Origin: Pseudomonas sp.
GTDB taxonomy: Bacteria; Pseudomonadota; Gammaproteobacteria; Pseudomonadales; Pseudomonadaceae
Direction: 5' to 3'
NCBI RefSeq assembly: GCF_050739775.1
Contig: NZ_JBOICA010000004.1
Location: 28,664 to 92,663 of the forward strand
Length of the DNA: 64,000 nt
In this document: piece after piece, positions 19,683-29,240 of the stretch
Layout: every line of letters starts with the position of its first letter
How positions within the stretch are numbered: the first letter of the stretch is position 1
Notes under the pieces: generated by a model
Told to the model about the DNA's origin: nothing
Database searches by the model: none
What the model saw: the letters and a program-made list of their open reading frames with translations, nothing else
Position numbers and translations under genes: made by a program

Positions 19683-19771
19683 TTGTGGGAGCGGATTCAT
19701 CCGCGAAGAGACGCAACGCGTTCCCAATGGGACCGCTACGCAGTCCTTCGCGGATGAATCCGCTCCCACAA
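19683..19771. repeat. REPIN with perfect 26-bp inverted arms
   Basis: TTGTGGGAGCGGATTCATCCGCGAAG (19683-19708) and its exact reverse complement (19746-19771). Confidence 0.92.
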
Positions 19772-19784
19772 AAGCTTTTGGGTT

Positions 19785-21161
19785 TCAACACTCGACAAAA
19801 GCGACCGCCAGGCCGCCGCGCGAAGTCTCCTTGTAGTTGGCATGCATGTCGGCACCGGTATCGCGCATGGTACGGATCACCCGGTCCAGGGAAATGAAGT
19901 GCTCGCCATCACCGCGCAAGGCCATCTGCACGGCGTTGATGGCCTTGACCGCAGCAATTGCGTTGCGCTCGATGCACGGGATCTGGACCAGGCCGCCGAC
20001 CGGGTCGCAGGTCAGCCCCAGGTTATGTTCAAGGGCAATTTCGGCGGCGTTTTCCAGCTGCATCGGGGTCGCCCCAAGCACTTCGGCAAGCCCCGCCGCA
20101 GCCATTGAGCACGCCGACCCCACCTCACCCTGGCAGCCCACTTCAGCGCCGGAGATCGAAGCGTTTTTCTTGCACAGGATGCCGACAGCGGCAGCGCTGA
20201 GCAGAAAGTCGATAACGTCGTTGTCGCAGGCATCGGGGTTGAACTTCATGTAGTAATGCAGCACCGCTGGAATGATCCCTGCGGCACCGTTGGTGGGCGC
20301 CGTGACCATGCGTCCGCCGGCAGCGTTCTCTTCGTTGACCGCCAGGGCGAACAGGTTGACCCATTCCATGGCGCTCAATGTCGAGCCGATCACGTTGGGC
20401 TTGCCCAGTTCCTGCAGGCTACGGTGCAGCTTGGCCGCGCGGCGCTTGACTTTGAGGCCACCGGGCAGGATGCCTTCGTTGCGCAGGCCGTTGTCGACGC
20501 ACTCGCGCATCGCCGCCCAGAGTTTGAGCAAGCCACAGCGCACCTCGGCCTCGGAGCGCCAGGCCAGTTCGTTGGCCATCATCAGTTCACTGACGCGTAA
20601 CTGGTGTTGCTTGCACAGCGCCAGGAGTTCAGCGCCACTGTCGAAGTCGTAGGGCAGCTTCACCTGCTCGGCGCTGTCGCCTGCAGCGCCAATCTGCGCA
20701 GCCTCGACGATAAAACCACCGCCGACCGAATAGTAGGTTTGCTGCAGCAGTGAACCGGTCGCGCTGCTGGCTTCCAGGGTCATGGCATTGGGGTGGTATG
20801 GCAGGCTTTCGTCGAGCAGCAGCAAGTCGAGATTGCAATCGAACGCAACGCCATGATGCCCATCGAGCAGCAGCACCCGACTGTCTTGCAACTGGGCGAT
20901 GAGCGGCTCGATACGCTGTGGGTCGATCTGGTCGGGCCATTCGCCCATCAGCCCCAGCAGGCAGGCGCGGTCGGTGGCATGACCGACACCAGTGGCCGAC
21001 AACGAGCCATACAGACGAACCTCCACTCGATTGACCTGCTCCAGCAGGTCCTGCTCGCGCAAGGCCTGGACAAAGGTCGCAGCCGCCCGCATCGGGCCTA
21101 CGGTATGGGAGCTGGACGGCCCGATACCAATCTTGAAAAGGTCGAAAACACTGATAGCCAT
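19785..21161 (-). CDS. sdaA: L-serine ammonia-lyase (Fe-S)
   Basis: [57 protein letters not shown]. Confidence 0.95.
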   Translation of the reverse strand: MAISVFDLFKIGIGPSSSHTVGPMRAAATFVQALREQDLLEQVNRVEVRLYGSLSATGVGHATDRACLLGLMGEWPDQIDPQRIEPLIAQLQDSRVLLLDGHHGVAFDCNLDLLLLDESLPYHPNAMTLEASSATGSLLQQTYYSVGGGFIVEAAQIGAAGDSAEQVKLPYDFDSGAELLALCKQHQLRVSELMMANELAWRSEAEVRCGLLKLWAAMRECVDNGLRNEGILPGGLKVKRRAAKLHRSLQELGKPNVIGSTLSAMEWVNLFALAVNEENAAGGRMVTAPTNGAAGIIPAVLHYYMKFNPDACDNDVIDFLLSAAAVGILCKKNASISGAEVGCQGEVGSACSMAAAGLAEVLGATPMQLENAAEIALEHNLGLTCDPVGGLVQIPCIERNAIAAVKAINAVQMALRGDGEHFISLDRVIRTMRDTGADMHANYKETSRGGLAVAFVEC

Positions 21162-21307
21162 GCTAATGCCTGCACGCTCAAGCGACGAATGTCACCCTGC
21201 GGCGTTGTGAAAAAATTGAAGGATGTCGCGAAGTTGCGCGATACTGCCCGGTCACTGTGGCATTGACCAACGAAACTTTCTAAGCAAGCCTTTAGTAGAA
21301 CTAAACG

Positions 21308-22246
21308 ATGAGACGACAGATGAATGGCCAGATGTATGTCTGGTTGCATGTGTTTTCCTGTGCGGCACGCCACCTGTCGTTCACCCGCTGCGCCGAAGAA
21401 CTGCACATCACTCCCGGCGCGGTGAGCCAGCAGATCCGTCAGCTGGAAGAGCGCTTGGGCTTTCGCCTGTTCCTGCGCCGCGCCCGTGGCGTAGAGCTGA
21501 GCGCCGAGGGGCAGCGCTTGGCGCAGACGGTCAGCGAAGCCTATGGCAGTATCGACGCCGAGTTGCTGCGCCTGGACGCCGGCGAGATTCGAGGCACCCT
21601 GCGCCTGCGCTCGATTCCCTCGTTCCTGGCCAAGTGGCTGACCCCGCGCCTGCCGCGCCTGCAACAACGCTACCCGGACATCCAGCTACGCCTGGTGGCC
21701 GAGGACAGTAGCCAGGCCCTGCATGAAGGCGATTTCGACCTGGCCATCGACCTTAACGACGGCAGCTACCCGGGCATGCATTCAACCCCGCTGCTCGATG
21801 AGCAGATTTTCCCGGTCTGCTCGCCGACCCTGCTACGTGGGCGTCCGCCCCTGCATGGCCCAGCCGACCTTGCGCACTATCCGTTGCTGCACGACATCAC
21901 CGCCTGGCGGGGCAGTTCGGAGTATGCCGAGTGGGAGTTCTACCTGGAGGGCATCGCTGCCGGGGGGCTGGACGTGCGCCGCGGGCACACCTTCAACCGC
22001 AACCACCTGACCATCGAAGCGGCGATCGCCGGCATCGGCGTGGCCATTGCTCGGCGTACCCTGCTCAATGACGAGCTGGAGCGCGGCACCCTGATCGTGC
22101 CGTTCGGTCTGCCGATCGCCAACCACAAGCGCTATGTGTTGCTCTATCCGCCCGGTGGCCTGGCGCATCCGAGCGCCAGGGCGGTGCATGACTGGCTGGT
22201 TGAAGAAGCCGAAAGCTTTCGCACCTTGCACGCCCCTGCGCTGTAA
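21308..22246 (+). CDS. LysR-family regulator (GcvA/DsdC-like), divergent from sdaA
   Basis: LSFTRCAEELHITPGAVSQQIRQLEERLG HTH. Confidence 0.92.
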   Translation: MRRQMNGQMYVWLHVFSCAARHLSFTRCAEELHITPGAVSQQIRQLEERLGFRLFLRRARGVELSAEGQRLAQTVSEAYGSIDAELLRLDAGEIRGTLRLRSIPSFLAKWLTPRLPRLQQRYPDIQLRLVAEDSSQALHEGDFDLAIDLNDGSYPGMHSTPLLDEQIFPVCSPTLLRGRPPLHGPADLAHYPLLHDITAWRGSSEYAEWEFYLEGIAAGGLDVRRGHTFNRNHLTIEAAIAGIGVAIARRTLLNDELERGTLIVPFGLPIANHKRYVLLYPPGGLAHPSARAVHDWLVEEAESFRTLHAPAL

Positions 22247-22256
22247 ACAGCCAGCA

Positions 22257-23966
22257 TCAGTCGGCCTGACCGAGCGGCATGTGCTCGGCGGCAGCCGCGT
22301 CAGTGGGGGTCACCACCTGGCTCAGGTCAATGCGCTTGAACACCGGCTCTGCCCCCAGCCTTGCGTTGAAGCGGGTGTTGAAACTGAAGTCGTCTTCGGT
22401 CGGCACCGCCAGCGAGCGCCCATAGATTGGCGTGAAGGCAGCCGGATCGTAGCCCAGCAACTGCAACAAGGTCGGGAAGATGTTGTAGTGGCTGGAGCGG
22501 TCCTTGTTGCCTGCCAGTTGCGCTTGCCAGTCGAGGGTCTTGAGTCCTGCCCCCTGGATCACCACCAATGGCACCAAGCCCTCCTCCTCCACCGGATCGC
22601 TGTCGCAATGGGTGTTGAGGCCGGGGTTGCCGCGCTCGTGCAGGTCCTGGCCGTGGTCGGAGGTGTAGATCAGCACGGCCTGGCTCAAGTCGGCCTTGGC
22701 GAACAACCGGTTGAAGAACTCGCCGACATTCCACAGCAGGCTGTTCTTGTAGGCGTTGCGATACAACACCCAATCCTCGGGCTGCCCGGAAAAACCATCG
22801 CGTCGACCCGTGTCGGTGATGTCGGCGTACTGCCCGCGAGGCAAGGCCGGGCGGTAGGCCATGAACTCATCGGGATATTTGTCGTGCACCGGAAAATGCA
22901 CCCCGACCTTGTTCATCACAATCAACTGCGGCTGGCCATCGCCGAGCAGTTCGATGAGTGTTGCCACCGCCGCCATGTCGCGGTCACGCACCGGGGTGCT
23001 GTCGAACTGGATGAACTGGTCAATATCGCGTTTTTCGGTAGTGTTCATCAGGTTCTGCAAGTTGCCGCCAGTGCGCTGGGCGTCGATGTACACGGTGCCC
23101 AGGCCGGCATTCTTGGCGTACTGCCAGATCGACGGCAGGGTCGAGTTGATGCGCAGGTAATCACTGCGAGTACCGCCATAACGCAGGGTGACATTGGTGT
23201 CGGCACTGCAGTTGGCAATCGAGGCGGCATAGCCATAGTTGAAGATGCTCGCCCCGGGCTGGGTTTGGTTGAGCTGGCTGCGCACGCCATGCACGCTGTT
23301 CAGGTCCAGGTAGTTGCCGGAGACACTCTCGTCGATGATCAGCACAATGTCGCGGGCCAGTGCCGGCCCTGTGTGTGCCAGGCTCACCGGCTCGCGGGGG
23401 CCGACACGGTCGTGCAACGACTCATAGGCAAACAGGTTCAGGTACGCCAGCGACGTATACATGATCGGCAGGCCACGCGCGCCCTCGCCCGCGCGCACGA
23501 ACAGAATCGCCGTCAACAGGGCGATAGCCAGCAGCGGCGCAGCCCAGGGCAGCATGGCCGGTCCCGGCACCGTGCGCCGTGGACGCAAGCCCAACCCGAG
23601 CAGCAACAGCACGGTCCGCGCCAGGCTTGCCAGGATCACGCTGTGGTACTGTTCCAGGGCCTCGCCGATAAAACCGCCGGAATAGACCATCGATATGAAT
23701 GCGCTGTAGGTCAGGTAATCCGCGGTGATGCGGGTATAAGCGTCGAAAAACAGTGCACTGGCGGAAAACACCAGGGCAAGCGCCCAGCGCAACCAACCCT
23801 GGCGAATGTTGGCGCTGAGCAACAAGGCCAGCACCAGTAACACGAATACCCCGCCAAACAGCACCAGTGCCGGGCTCGGGCCGATCGCCTGCACGCGTTC
23901 AAGGTAGTAGGGGGAATGGCTGAGCAGGTAAACAACAAGCAGCAATTCCTTGAAGTATTGGCGCAT
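22257..23966 (-). CDS. Membrane-anchored alkaline-phosphatase-superfamily phosphotransferase (EptA/BcsG/LtaS-like)
   Basis: Start at MRQYFKE; about 5 N-terminal TM segments, then VLIIDES, IANCSADT, GVHFP, YTSDHG and SSHYN motifs. Confidence 0.75.
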   Translation of the reverse strand: MRQYFKELLLVVYLLSHSPYYLERVQAIGPSPALVLFGGVFVLLVLALLLSANIRQGWLRWALALVFSASALFFDAYTRITADYLTYSAFISMVYSGGFIGEALEQYHSVILASLARTVLLLLGLGLRPRRTVPGPAMLPWAAPLLAIALLTAILFVRAGEGARGLPIMYTSLAYLNLFAYESLHDRVGPREPVSLAHTGPALARDIVLIIDESVSGNYLDLNSVHGVRSQLNQTQPGASIFNYGYAASIANCSADTNVTLRYGGTRSDYLRINSTLPSIWQYAKNAGLGTVYIDAQRTGGNLQNLMNTTEKRDIDQFIQFDSTPVRDRDMAAVATLIELLGDGQPQLIVMNKVGVHFPVHDKYPDEFMAYRPALPRGQYADITDTGRRDGFSGQPEDWVLYRNAYKNSLLWNVGEFFNRLFAKADLSQAVLIYTSDHGQDLHERGNPGLNTHCDSDPVEEEGLVPLVVIQGAGLKTLDWQAQLAGNKDRSSHYNIFPTLLQLLGYDPAAFTPIYGRSLAVPTEDDFSFNTRFNARLGAEPVFKRIDLSQVVTPTDAAAAEHMPLGQAD

Positions 23967-24048
23967 GACTCCCCCGCAAAATAGCCCTTCGACCCTAGAC
24001 GGCTTCTTCCACGTTAGCAGTGCTGCAACAAAGCGCAAACCAGAAAAC

Positions 24049-24062
24049 GTCAAATTAATGAC
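24049..24062. promoter_or_regulatory. FleQ-like box 1
   Basis: GTCA-AATTAA-TGAC, matching the GTCA-N6-TGAC FleQ consensus geometry. Confidence 0.65.
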
Positions 24063-24277
24063 AAACTTGCGCACACTGATTCTGACACGTTGATAACGCA
24101 AAAGCGTTGCATTCGTGAAACAACCACATCCACAGAAGCCACGCCATTAGCGGTTTTCGACCGTTCATCGTTTTCATTGACGGCCATTTGCCACCCCTTG
24201 AGCAGCTAAAGCCCCGATTTAGAAAGGCTTGATGGCGAAAAGCCTAATTGGTAGGGAGTGTAAATCTGCCGAAACAT

Positions 24278-24317
24278 GCCATTTGATTGACACGACCTTT
24301 CACAGGTGGGCTATACC
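24278..24317 (+). promoter_or_regulatory. FleQ-like box 2 overlapping a candidate -35/-10 for the EPS operon
   Basis: GCCA-TTTGAT-TGAC (24278-24291); TTGACA (24287-24292), 19 bp spacer (long), TATACC (24312-24317). Confidence 0.45.
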
Positions 24318-24367
24318 GAGATCACATCACTGTTGCATTCCCCTTACTCCATACGAGGCGCGCCGAC

Positions 24368-25720
24368 ATGGACGTGAGCGTATTTGGCACCGGCTACGTC
24401 GGTCTTGTGCAAGCTGCCGCCCTGGCAGATGTTGGTCACCGTGTGTTGTGCGTCGATGTCGACGCCCACAAGATCAGTCAGTTGCGTCAGGGCGTTCCGC
24501 CCATCAGCGAGCCTGGGCTGTCGAGCATGCTCGAAGAGAACATCAAGGAAGACCGCCTGCTGTTCAGCACCCAGGCCAGCGACGCGGTCACTCATGCCGA
24601 GTTGATCTTCATCGCCGTCGGTACTCCCCCTGATGAAGACGGCTCGGCCGACCTTTCCCACGTGCTCGGCGTGACCCGGCAGATCGCCAGTTTGATGGAG
24701 GCTGACCGCACCCTGATCATCAAATCCACAGTCCCGGTCGGCACTGCCGACAAAGTCGCGCAACTGGCCCGGGAAGAACTTGAACGCCTGGGCAAAGGCG
24801 CCTTGCGGGTGCGGGTGGTGTCCAACCCTGAATTCCTCAAAGAGGGCAGCGCTCTGGCTGACTGCATGCGCCCGGACCGAATCATCGTCGGCACCGCCGA
24901 TGACCAGGCCCATGACCAGCTGGCCGAACTGTACGCGCCCTTCTGCCGCAATCATGAAAAACTTATGTTCATGGACAACCGCAGCGCCGAGCTGACCAAG
25001 TACGCGGCCAATGCGATGCTCGCCACGCGAATCAGCTTCATGAACGAGCTGGCCAATCTCACCGAACGTCTCGGTGCCGATATCGAGGCGGTACGCAAGG
25101 GCATCGGCTCCGACCCGCGGATCGGCTACCACTTCATCTACCCCGGTTGCGGCTTCGGTGGTTCGTGCTTTCCCAAAGACCTGCGCGCCCTGCTGCACAC
25201 CGCAGAACGCAGCGGCATGCCGCTGCGCCTGCTGCAAAGTGTCAGCGAAGTCAATGACGCCCAGCGGCAGATCCTCTTCGGCAAGTTGAAGCAACACTTT
25301 CCCGGCAGTCTGGCCGGTAAGTCCATCGCCCTCTGGGGCCTGGCCTTCAAGCCCAACACCGACGATATGCGCGAAGCGCCGAGCCGCTACCTGATGGAGG
25401 CCCTATGGGCCGAGGGGGCGACGGTGTGCGCCTTCGATCCGGAGGCCATGTCCGAGTGCCGGCGGATCTACGGCTATCGCAACGACCTGCGCCTGTGCGC
25501 CACCCGTGACGATACCCTGGAAGATGCCGACGCCCTGGTGATCTGCACCGAATGGAAGAACTTTCGCGTAGTCGACTTTGCCCTGCTGGCGAAAAAGCTG
25601 CGCAGCCGCCTGATCATCGACGGGCGTAACCTGTACAACCCCGATCAGGTCGCCAGCTTTGGCCTGAGCTACAGCGGCATCGGCCTGCGACAGGTTCAAC
25701 CACAGGTGCCGACACCATGA
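24368..25720 (+). CDS. ugd: UDP-glucose 6-dehydrogenase
   Basis: GTGYVG, IAVGTP, KSTVPVG, SNPEFLKEG, GFGGSCFPKD, AFKPNTDD. Confidence 0.95.
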   Translation: MDVSVFGTGYVGLVQAAALADVGHRVLCVDVDAHKISQLRQGVPPISEPGLSSMLEENIKEDRLLFSTQASDAVTHAELIFIAVGTPPDEDGSADLSHVLGVTRQIASLMEADRTLIIKSTVPVGTADKVAQLAREELERLGKGALRVRVVSNPEFLKEGSALADCMRPDRIIVGTADDQAHDQLAELYAPFCRNHEKLMFMDNRSAELTKYAANAMLATRISFMNELANLTERLGADIEAVRKGIGSDPRIGYHFIYPGCGFGGSCFPKDLRALLHTAERSGMPLRLLQSVSEVNDAQRQILFGKLKQHFPGSLAGKSIALWGLAFKPNTDDMREAPSRYLMEALWAEGATVCAFDPEAMSECRRIYGYRNDLRLCATRDDTLEDADALVICTEWKNFRVVDFALLAKKLRSRLIIDGRNLYNPDQVASFGLSYSGIGLRQVQPQVPTP

Positions 25721-26787
25721 AAATACTGGTCACCGGCGCCGCCGGTTTCATCGGTGCCCACTGCACCCTGCGCCTTTTGCGCGATGGCCATCAGGTAATC
25801 GGCCTGGACAATTTCAACGATTACTACGACCCGGCACTCAAGCAGGCGCGGGTGCGCTGGATCGAATCTCAAGCACAGGCCTTCGAGCTTTTTCCCCTGG
25901 ACCTGAACGACGCTGCCGGCATGGCAGCGTTGTTTGCCCGTGAACAACCCGAGGCGGTGATTCACCTGGCCGCCCAGGCCGGGGTGCGCTACTCCCTGGA
26001 GAACCCCCGGGCCTACATCGACAGCAACCTGTGTGGTTTTCTCAACATCCTCGAAGGCTGCCGCCGTCATCCGGTGCAACACCTGCTGTATGCCTCCTCA
26101 AGCTCGGTGTACGGCGCCAACCAACACACCCCGTATCGAGTCCAGGACACGGTGGATCATCCGCTGTCATTGTACGCTGCCACCAAGAAAGCCAACGAGG
26201 CCATGGCCCACAGCTACAGCCACCTGTTTGGCATTCCTGCCAGCGGCCTGCGTTTTTTTACCGTGTACGGCCCCTGGGGCCGGCCGGACATGTCACCGAT
26301 CCTGTTCGCCCGCGCCATTACCGAAGGCCGGCCGATTCAGCTGTTCAACTACGGTCAGCATCAGCGCGACTTCACCTACATCGACGACATCGTTGAAAGC
26401 CTGGTGCGCCTGATTCCGCTGCCGCCCAAGGCCGACCCTGACTGGAACCGCGGGCAACCGGACCCGGCCAGCAGCCACGCGCCCTGGCGCCTGTTCAACA
26501 TTGGCGGCCAGCGCCCAGTGGAGCTGAGCGAATACGTCGCCTTGCTGGAAAAGCACCTGCAGCGCAAGGCCGAAGTCGAACTGCTGGCGTTGCAACCGGG
26601 CGACGTGCTGACCACCTGCGCCGACGCCAGCGCCCTGGAACAGGTTACCGGCTTCACCCCACAGATTTCTCTCGATGACGGGCTCGGGCGCTTCGTCGCC
26701 TGGTTTCATCACTACTACTCGCACATCGACAAGGACACTGTGCGGGTCAACGGGCAGATGCCCGCGCCTCAATGGAGGGCGGTATGA
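25717..26787 (+). CDS. NAD-dependent epimerase, UDP-glucuronate 4-epimerase-like
   Basis: TGAAGFIG, HLAAQAGVRYSLENP, YAATKKANE, FFTVYGPWGRPDM. Confidence 0.9.
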   Translation: MKILVTGAAGFIGAHCTLRLLRDGHQVIGLDNFNDYYDPALKQARVRWIESQAQAFELFPLDLNDAAGMAALFAREQPEAVIHLAAQAGVRYSLENPRAYIDSNLCGFLNILEGCRRHPVQHLLYASSSSVYGANQHTPYRVQDTVDHPLSLYAATKKANEAMAHSYSHLFGIPASGLRFFTVYGPWGRPDMSPILFARAITEGRPIQLFNYGQHQRDFTYIDDIVESLVRLIPLPPKADPDWNRGQPDPASSHAPWRLFNIGGQRPVELSEYVALLEKHLQRKAEVELLALQPGDVLTTCADASALEQVTGFTPQISLDDGLGRFVAWFHHYYSHIDKDTVRVNGQMPAPQWRAV

Positions 26788-27530
26788 CAGGACAACCTAA
26801 AAGTGCGCAACTGCAGGCACTGCACCAAGACAAACGCATGGACCCGGCGCATCGCCAGCGCATCGACGCTGCTATTCACATGCAAGGCCGTGGCTGGCTG
26901 ACCGGCCGCGTCGGCGGGCGTCCCTGGACCCTGTCACGCACCAACCGGGTGGTCGCCTGTGTGGGCGCACTGGGCATCCTGGCGCTGATTTCGCCGCTGT
27001 TGCTGGTGCTGGCCATACTGGTCAAACGCAGCGGTCCAGGCCCGGTGTTTTTCGTGCAGAAACGCACCGGCTACCGCGGTCGCGTCTTCGGCATGTTCAA
27101 GTTCCGCACCATGGTTGCCAATGCCGAGGCGTTGAAGGATTCGGTGCGCCACCTGAACAAGCACGGCGCCGATGCCATCGATTTCAAAATCGACAAGGAC
27201 CCGCGTGTCACCCCTATCGGCCAATGGCTGCGGCGCAGCAGCCTGGACGAGTTGCCCAACCTGTTCAACGTGGTGCTCGGCGACATGCGCCTGGTCGGTC
27301 CCCGCCCCACCTCGTTCAACGCCTACCGCTACAAGGACAACCACCTTGCCCGCTTGAGCATCCACCCCGGCATGACCGGCCTGTGGCAGATCTCCGGGCG
27401 CAGCGACATTGACTTCGACCAGCGCGTCGAACTGGACCTGAGCTACATCAACGAACAGAGCCTGATGCTGGATCTGAAGATCCTGTTCAAGACTCCGTTC
27501 AAAGTCTTCAGCGGCCACGGAGCAAGTTGA
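26784..27530 (+). CDS. Priming polyprenyl-phosphate sugar transferase (short, single TM)
   Basis: Start at MTGQP; FKFRTM, DPRVT, RRSSLDELP, LVGPRP, PGMTGLWQ. Confidence 0.92.
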   Translation: MTGQPKSAQLQALHQDKRMDPAHRQRIDAAIHMQGRGWLTGRVGGRPWTLSRTNRVVACVGALGILALISPLLLVLAILVKRSGPGPVFFVQKRTGYRGRVFGMFKFRTMVANAEALKDSVRHLNKHGADAIDFKIDKDPRVTPIGQWLRRSSLDELPNLFNVVLGDMRLVGPRPTSFNAYRYKDNHLARLSIHPGMTGLWQISGRSDIDFDQRVELDLSYINEQSLMLDLKILFKTPFKVFSGHGAS

Positions 27531-28178
27531 ATGGACGGTTCTACTTCAAGAAGTCTGACCATCGCCACCCCCAGCGAAACCAACCTGACGTCTACCGTGC
27601 TCGACGCGGACCAGCGCATCTTGTTGCTGACCGCTGCCAACAGCGGCAGCGGCACCAGCACCAGCGCCCTGGCCTTCGCCAGCCAGTTGGCGCTGATGAG
27701 CGGCGGCCCGGTGCTACTGGTGGACAGCAGCCCCAGCAGCAGCAACCTCAGCCAGCAAATGAGCCTGCACAAACTGCGCGGGTTCAACAACCTGATGTTC
27801 GACCAGGAACACCCACCGCTGATGCAGGACTGCATCGTGCGCCTGAGTGACCAGCCCTTCGACGTGCTGCCCGCGGGCACCTACAAGCGCGGCAAGGAGC
27901 GGCTCAATCCGGACCTGCTGCGAGTGCTGCTGCGGCAGTTGGGCGAGCACTACCGCTTCGTGGTGATCGACGGCGAGGCGGTCTACGCCAGCGCCGACAG
28001 CCTGGTGATCGGTACCCTGGCCGATGGTGTGATCCTCGTCGTGTGCGCAGAGGACACCCGCTGGGAAGTGGCCCAGGCCGCGGCCCAACGCCTTTCCCAG
28101 GCCGGCGCCAAATTGATCGGCAGCGTCTTCAACCGGCGCAAGTACTACATGCCCAAGTGGCTGTACAACAACCTTTAG
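27531..28178 (+). CDS. CpsD/CapB-like BY-kinase homologue with degenerate catalytic motifs
   Basis: P-loop region AANSGSGTST, VLLVDSS, FVVIDGEA, ADGVILVV; C-terminal YYMPKWLY. Confidence 0.8.
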   Translation: MDGSTSRSLTIATPSETNLTSTVLDADQRILLLTAANSGSGTSTSALAFASQLALMSGGPVLLVDSSPSSSNLSQQMSLHKLRGFNNLMFDQEHPPLMQDCIVRLSDQPFDVLPAGTYKRGKERLNPDLLRVLLRQLGEHYRFVVIDGEAVYASADSLVIGTLADGVILVVCAEDTRWEVAQAAAQRLSQAGAKLIGSVFNRRKYYMPKWLYNNL

Positions 28179-28200
28179 GCCAGCAGACCAGGAGCCTTCC

Positions 28201-29220
28201 ATGAAATACACATCGCTTGCGCTGTGCCTGCTGACCCTGGCCGGCTGCGCCAACCAGGAAACCCGGCAAATGCCGGTGCAGATCATGACCGCTACCCCGG
28301 CCAACGCCCAGAGTGCCGAACTGCCACGCAGTGAGCAGGTACTGCGGCCACAAGACGTGCTCGATGTGATCTTCCATATCAGCACCAGCGGCTCCGAGGC
28401 CTACCGCATCCAGCCGGGCGACACTGTGGGCCTGGCGTTCCTCTCGGCCGGCTCGCTCAATGGCAACCAACTGGTGCTGCCCGATGGCAGCATCGAGCTG
28501 CCTCGGGCCAACACCTCGGTGAAGATTGCCGGGCAGACCCCCGACCAGGCCCGCCAGACCATCCAGCGGGCTTATCGCAACAAGAGTCTGTTCCAGCCCA
28601 ATCGCGACCAGCTGACCGTGCAGGTGATCAGCCCGCTGACCGACGAGCAGAACCTCAAGAACGCCCTCAACCACCCCGGTACCGGGATGAGCCGCGAGAT
28701 CACCGTAAACAGCGACGGCCAGGCCAGCTTTCCGGAAATCGGCTCAGTGCCGCTGCAGGGCATGACCGTCACCCAGTTGCAGACCTACCTGAACAAGCGT
28801 TACGCCGACCTGCCCGGGCGCATGACCGTCGATGTGATGCTCAAGTCCACTGCGGTCAACGAGATTTACGTGCTCGGCGAAGTCGGCCAGCCCGGCGCCT
28901 ACCCGATCCGCCGTCCGGTCTCGGTGCTCGAAGCCCTGACCCTGGCCCGTGGCCCGAACATCAAGGCGCGACTCGATTCGGTGGTGATCATGCGGCGCAA
29001 CGGCAACCAGGTCCAGGCCATGCCCTACAACGTCGACAAGGCCCTGGACGCCAGTGCCGCGCAAGTGGCCTACCTACAGCCCGACGACATGCTCTACGTG
29101 CCCAAGACCAAGCTGGCCAGTGCCGGCGACCTGGCCCGGCAACTGGCCGATGTGGTGCTGTTCCAGGGGGTCGGCTTCGGCTTCGCCTACCGTGTTGACA
29201 ACAAAGACAGTGACAACTAA
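28201..29220 (+). CDS. wza: Polysaccharide export outer-membrane lipoprotein (Wza/OPX family)
   Basis: Lipobox LAGC; YRIQPGD, DG.ISFP.IG.V..GMT; SLBB-type YVLGEVGQPGAYP. Confidence 0.82.
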   Translation: MKYTSLALCLLTLAGCANQETRQMPVQIMTATPANAQSAELPRSEQVLRPQDVLDVIFHISTSGSEAYRIQPGDTVGLAFLSAGSLNGNQLVLPDGSIELPRANTSVKIAGQTPDQARQTIQRAYRNKSLFQPNRDQLTVQVISPLTDEQNLKNALNHPGTGMSREITVNSDGQASFPEIGSVPLQGMTVTQLQTYLNKRYADLPGRMTVDVMLKSTAVNEIYVLGEVGQPGAYPIRRPVSVLEALTLARGPNIKARLDSVVIMRRNGNQVQAMPYNVDKALDASAAQVAYLQPDDMLYVPKTKLASAGDLARQLADVVLFQGVGFGFAYRVDNKDSDN

Positions 29221-29240
29221 TTCAAGGCGGGTGAACACGC

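Noticed and set aside
24265-24282. Sigma54 promoter on the minus strand in the EPS control region (TGGCATGTTTCGGCAG)
   Set aside because: GG-to-GC spacing is 9, not the obligatory 10.
26778-26786. ops-like element GGCGGTAT in the EPS operon
   Set aside because: Mismatch to GGCGGTAG, lies in coding sequence at a start codon, and there is no JUMPstart context.
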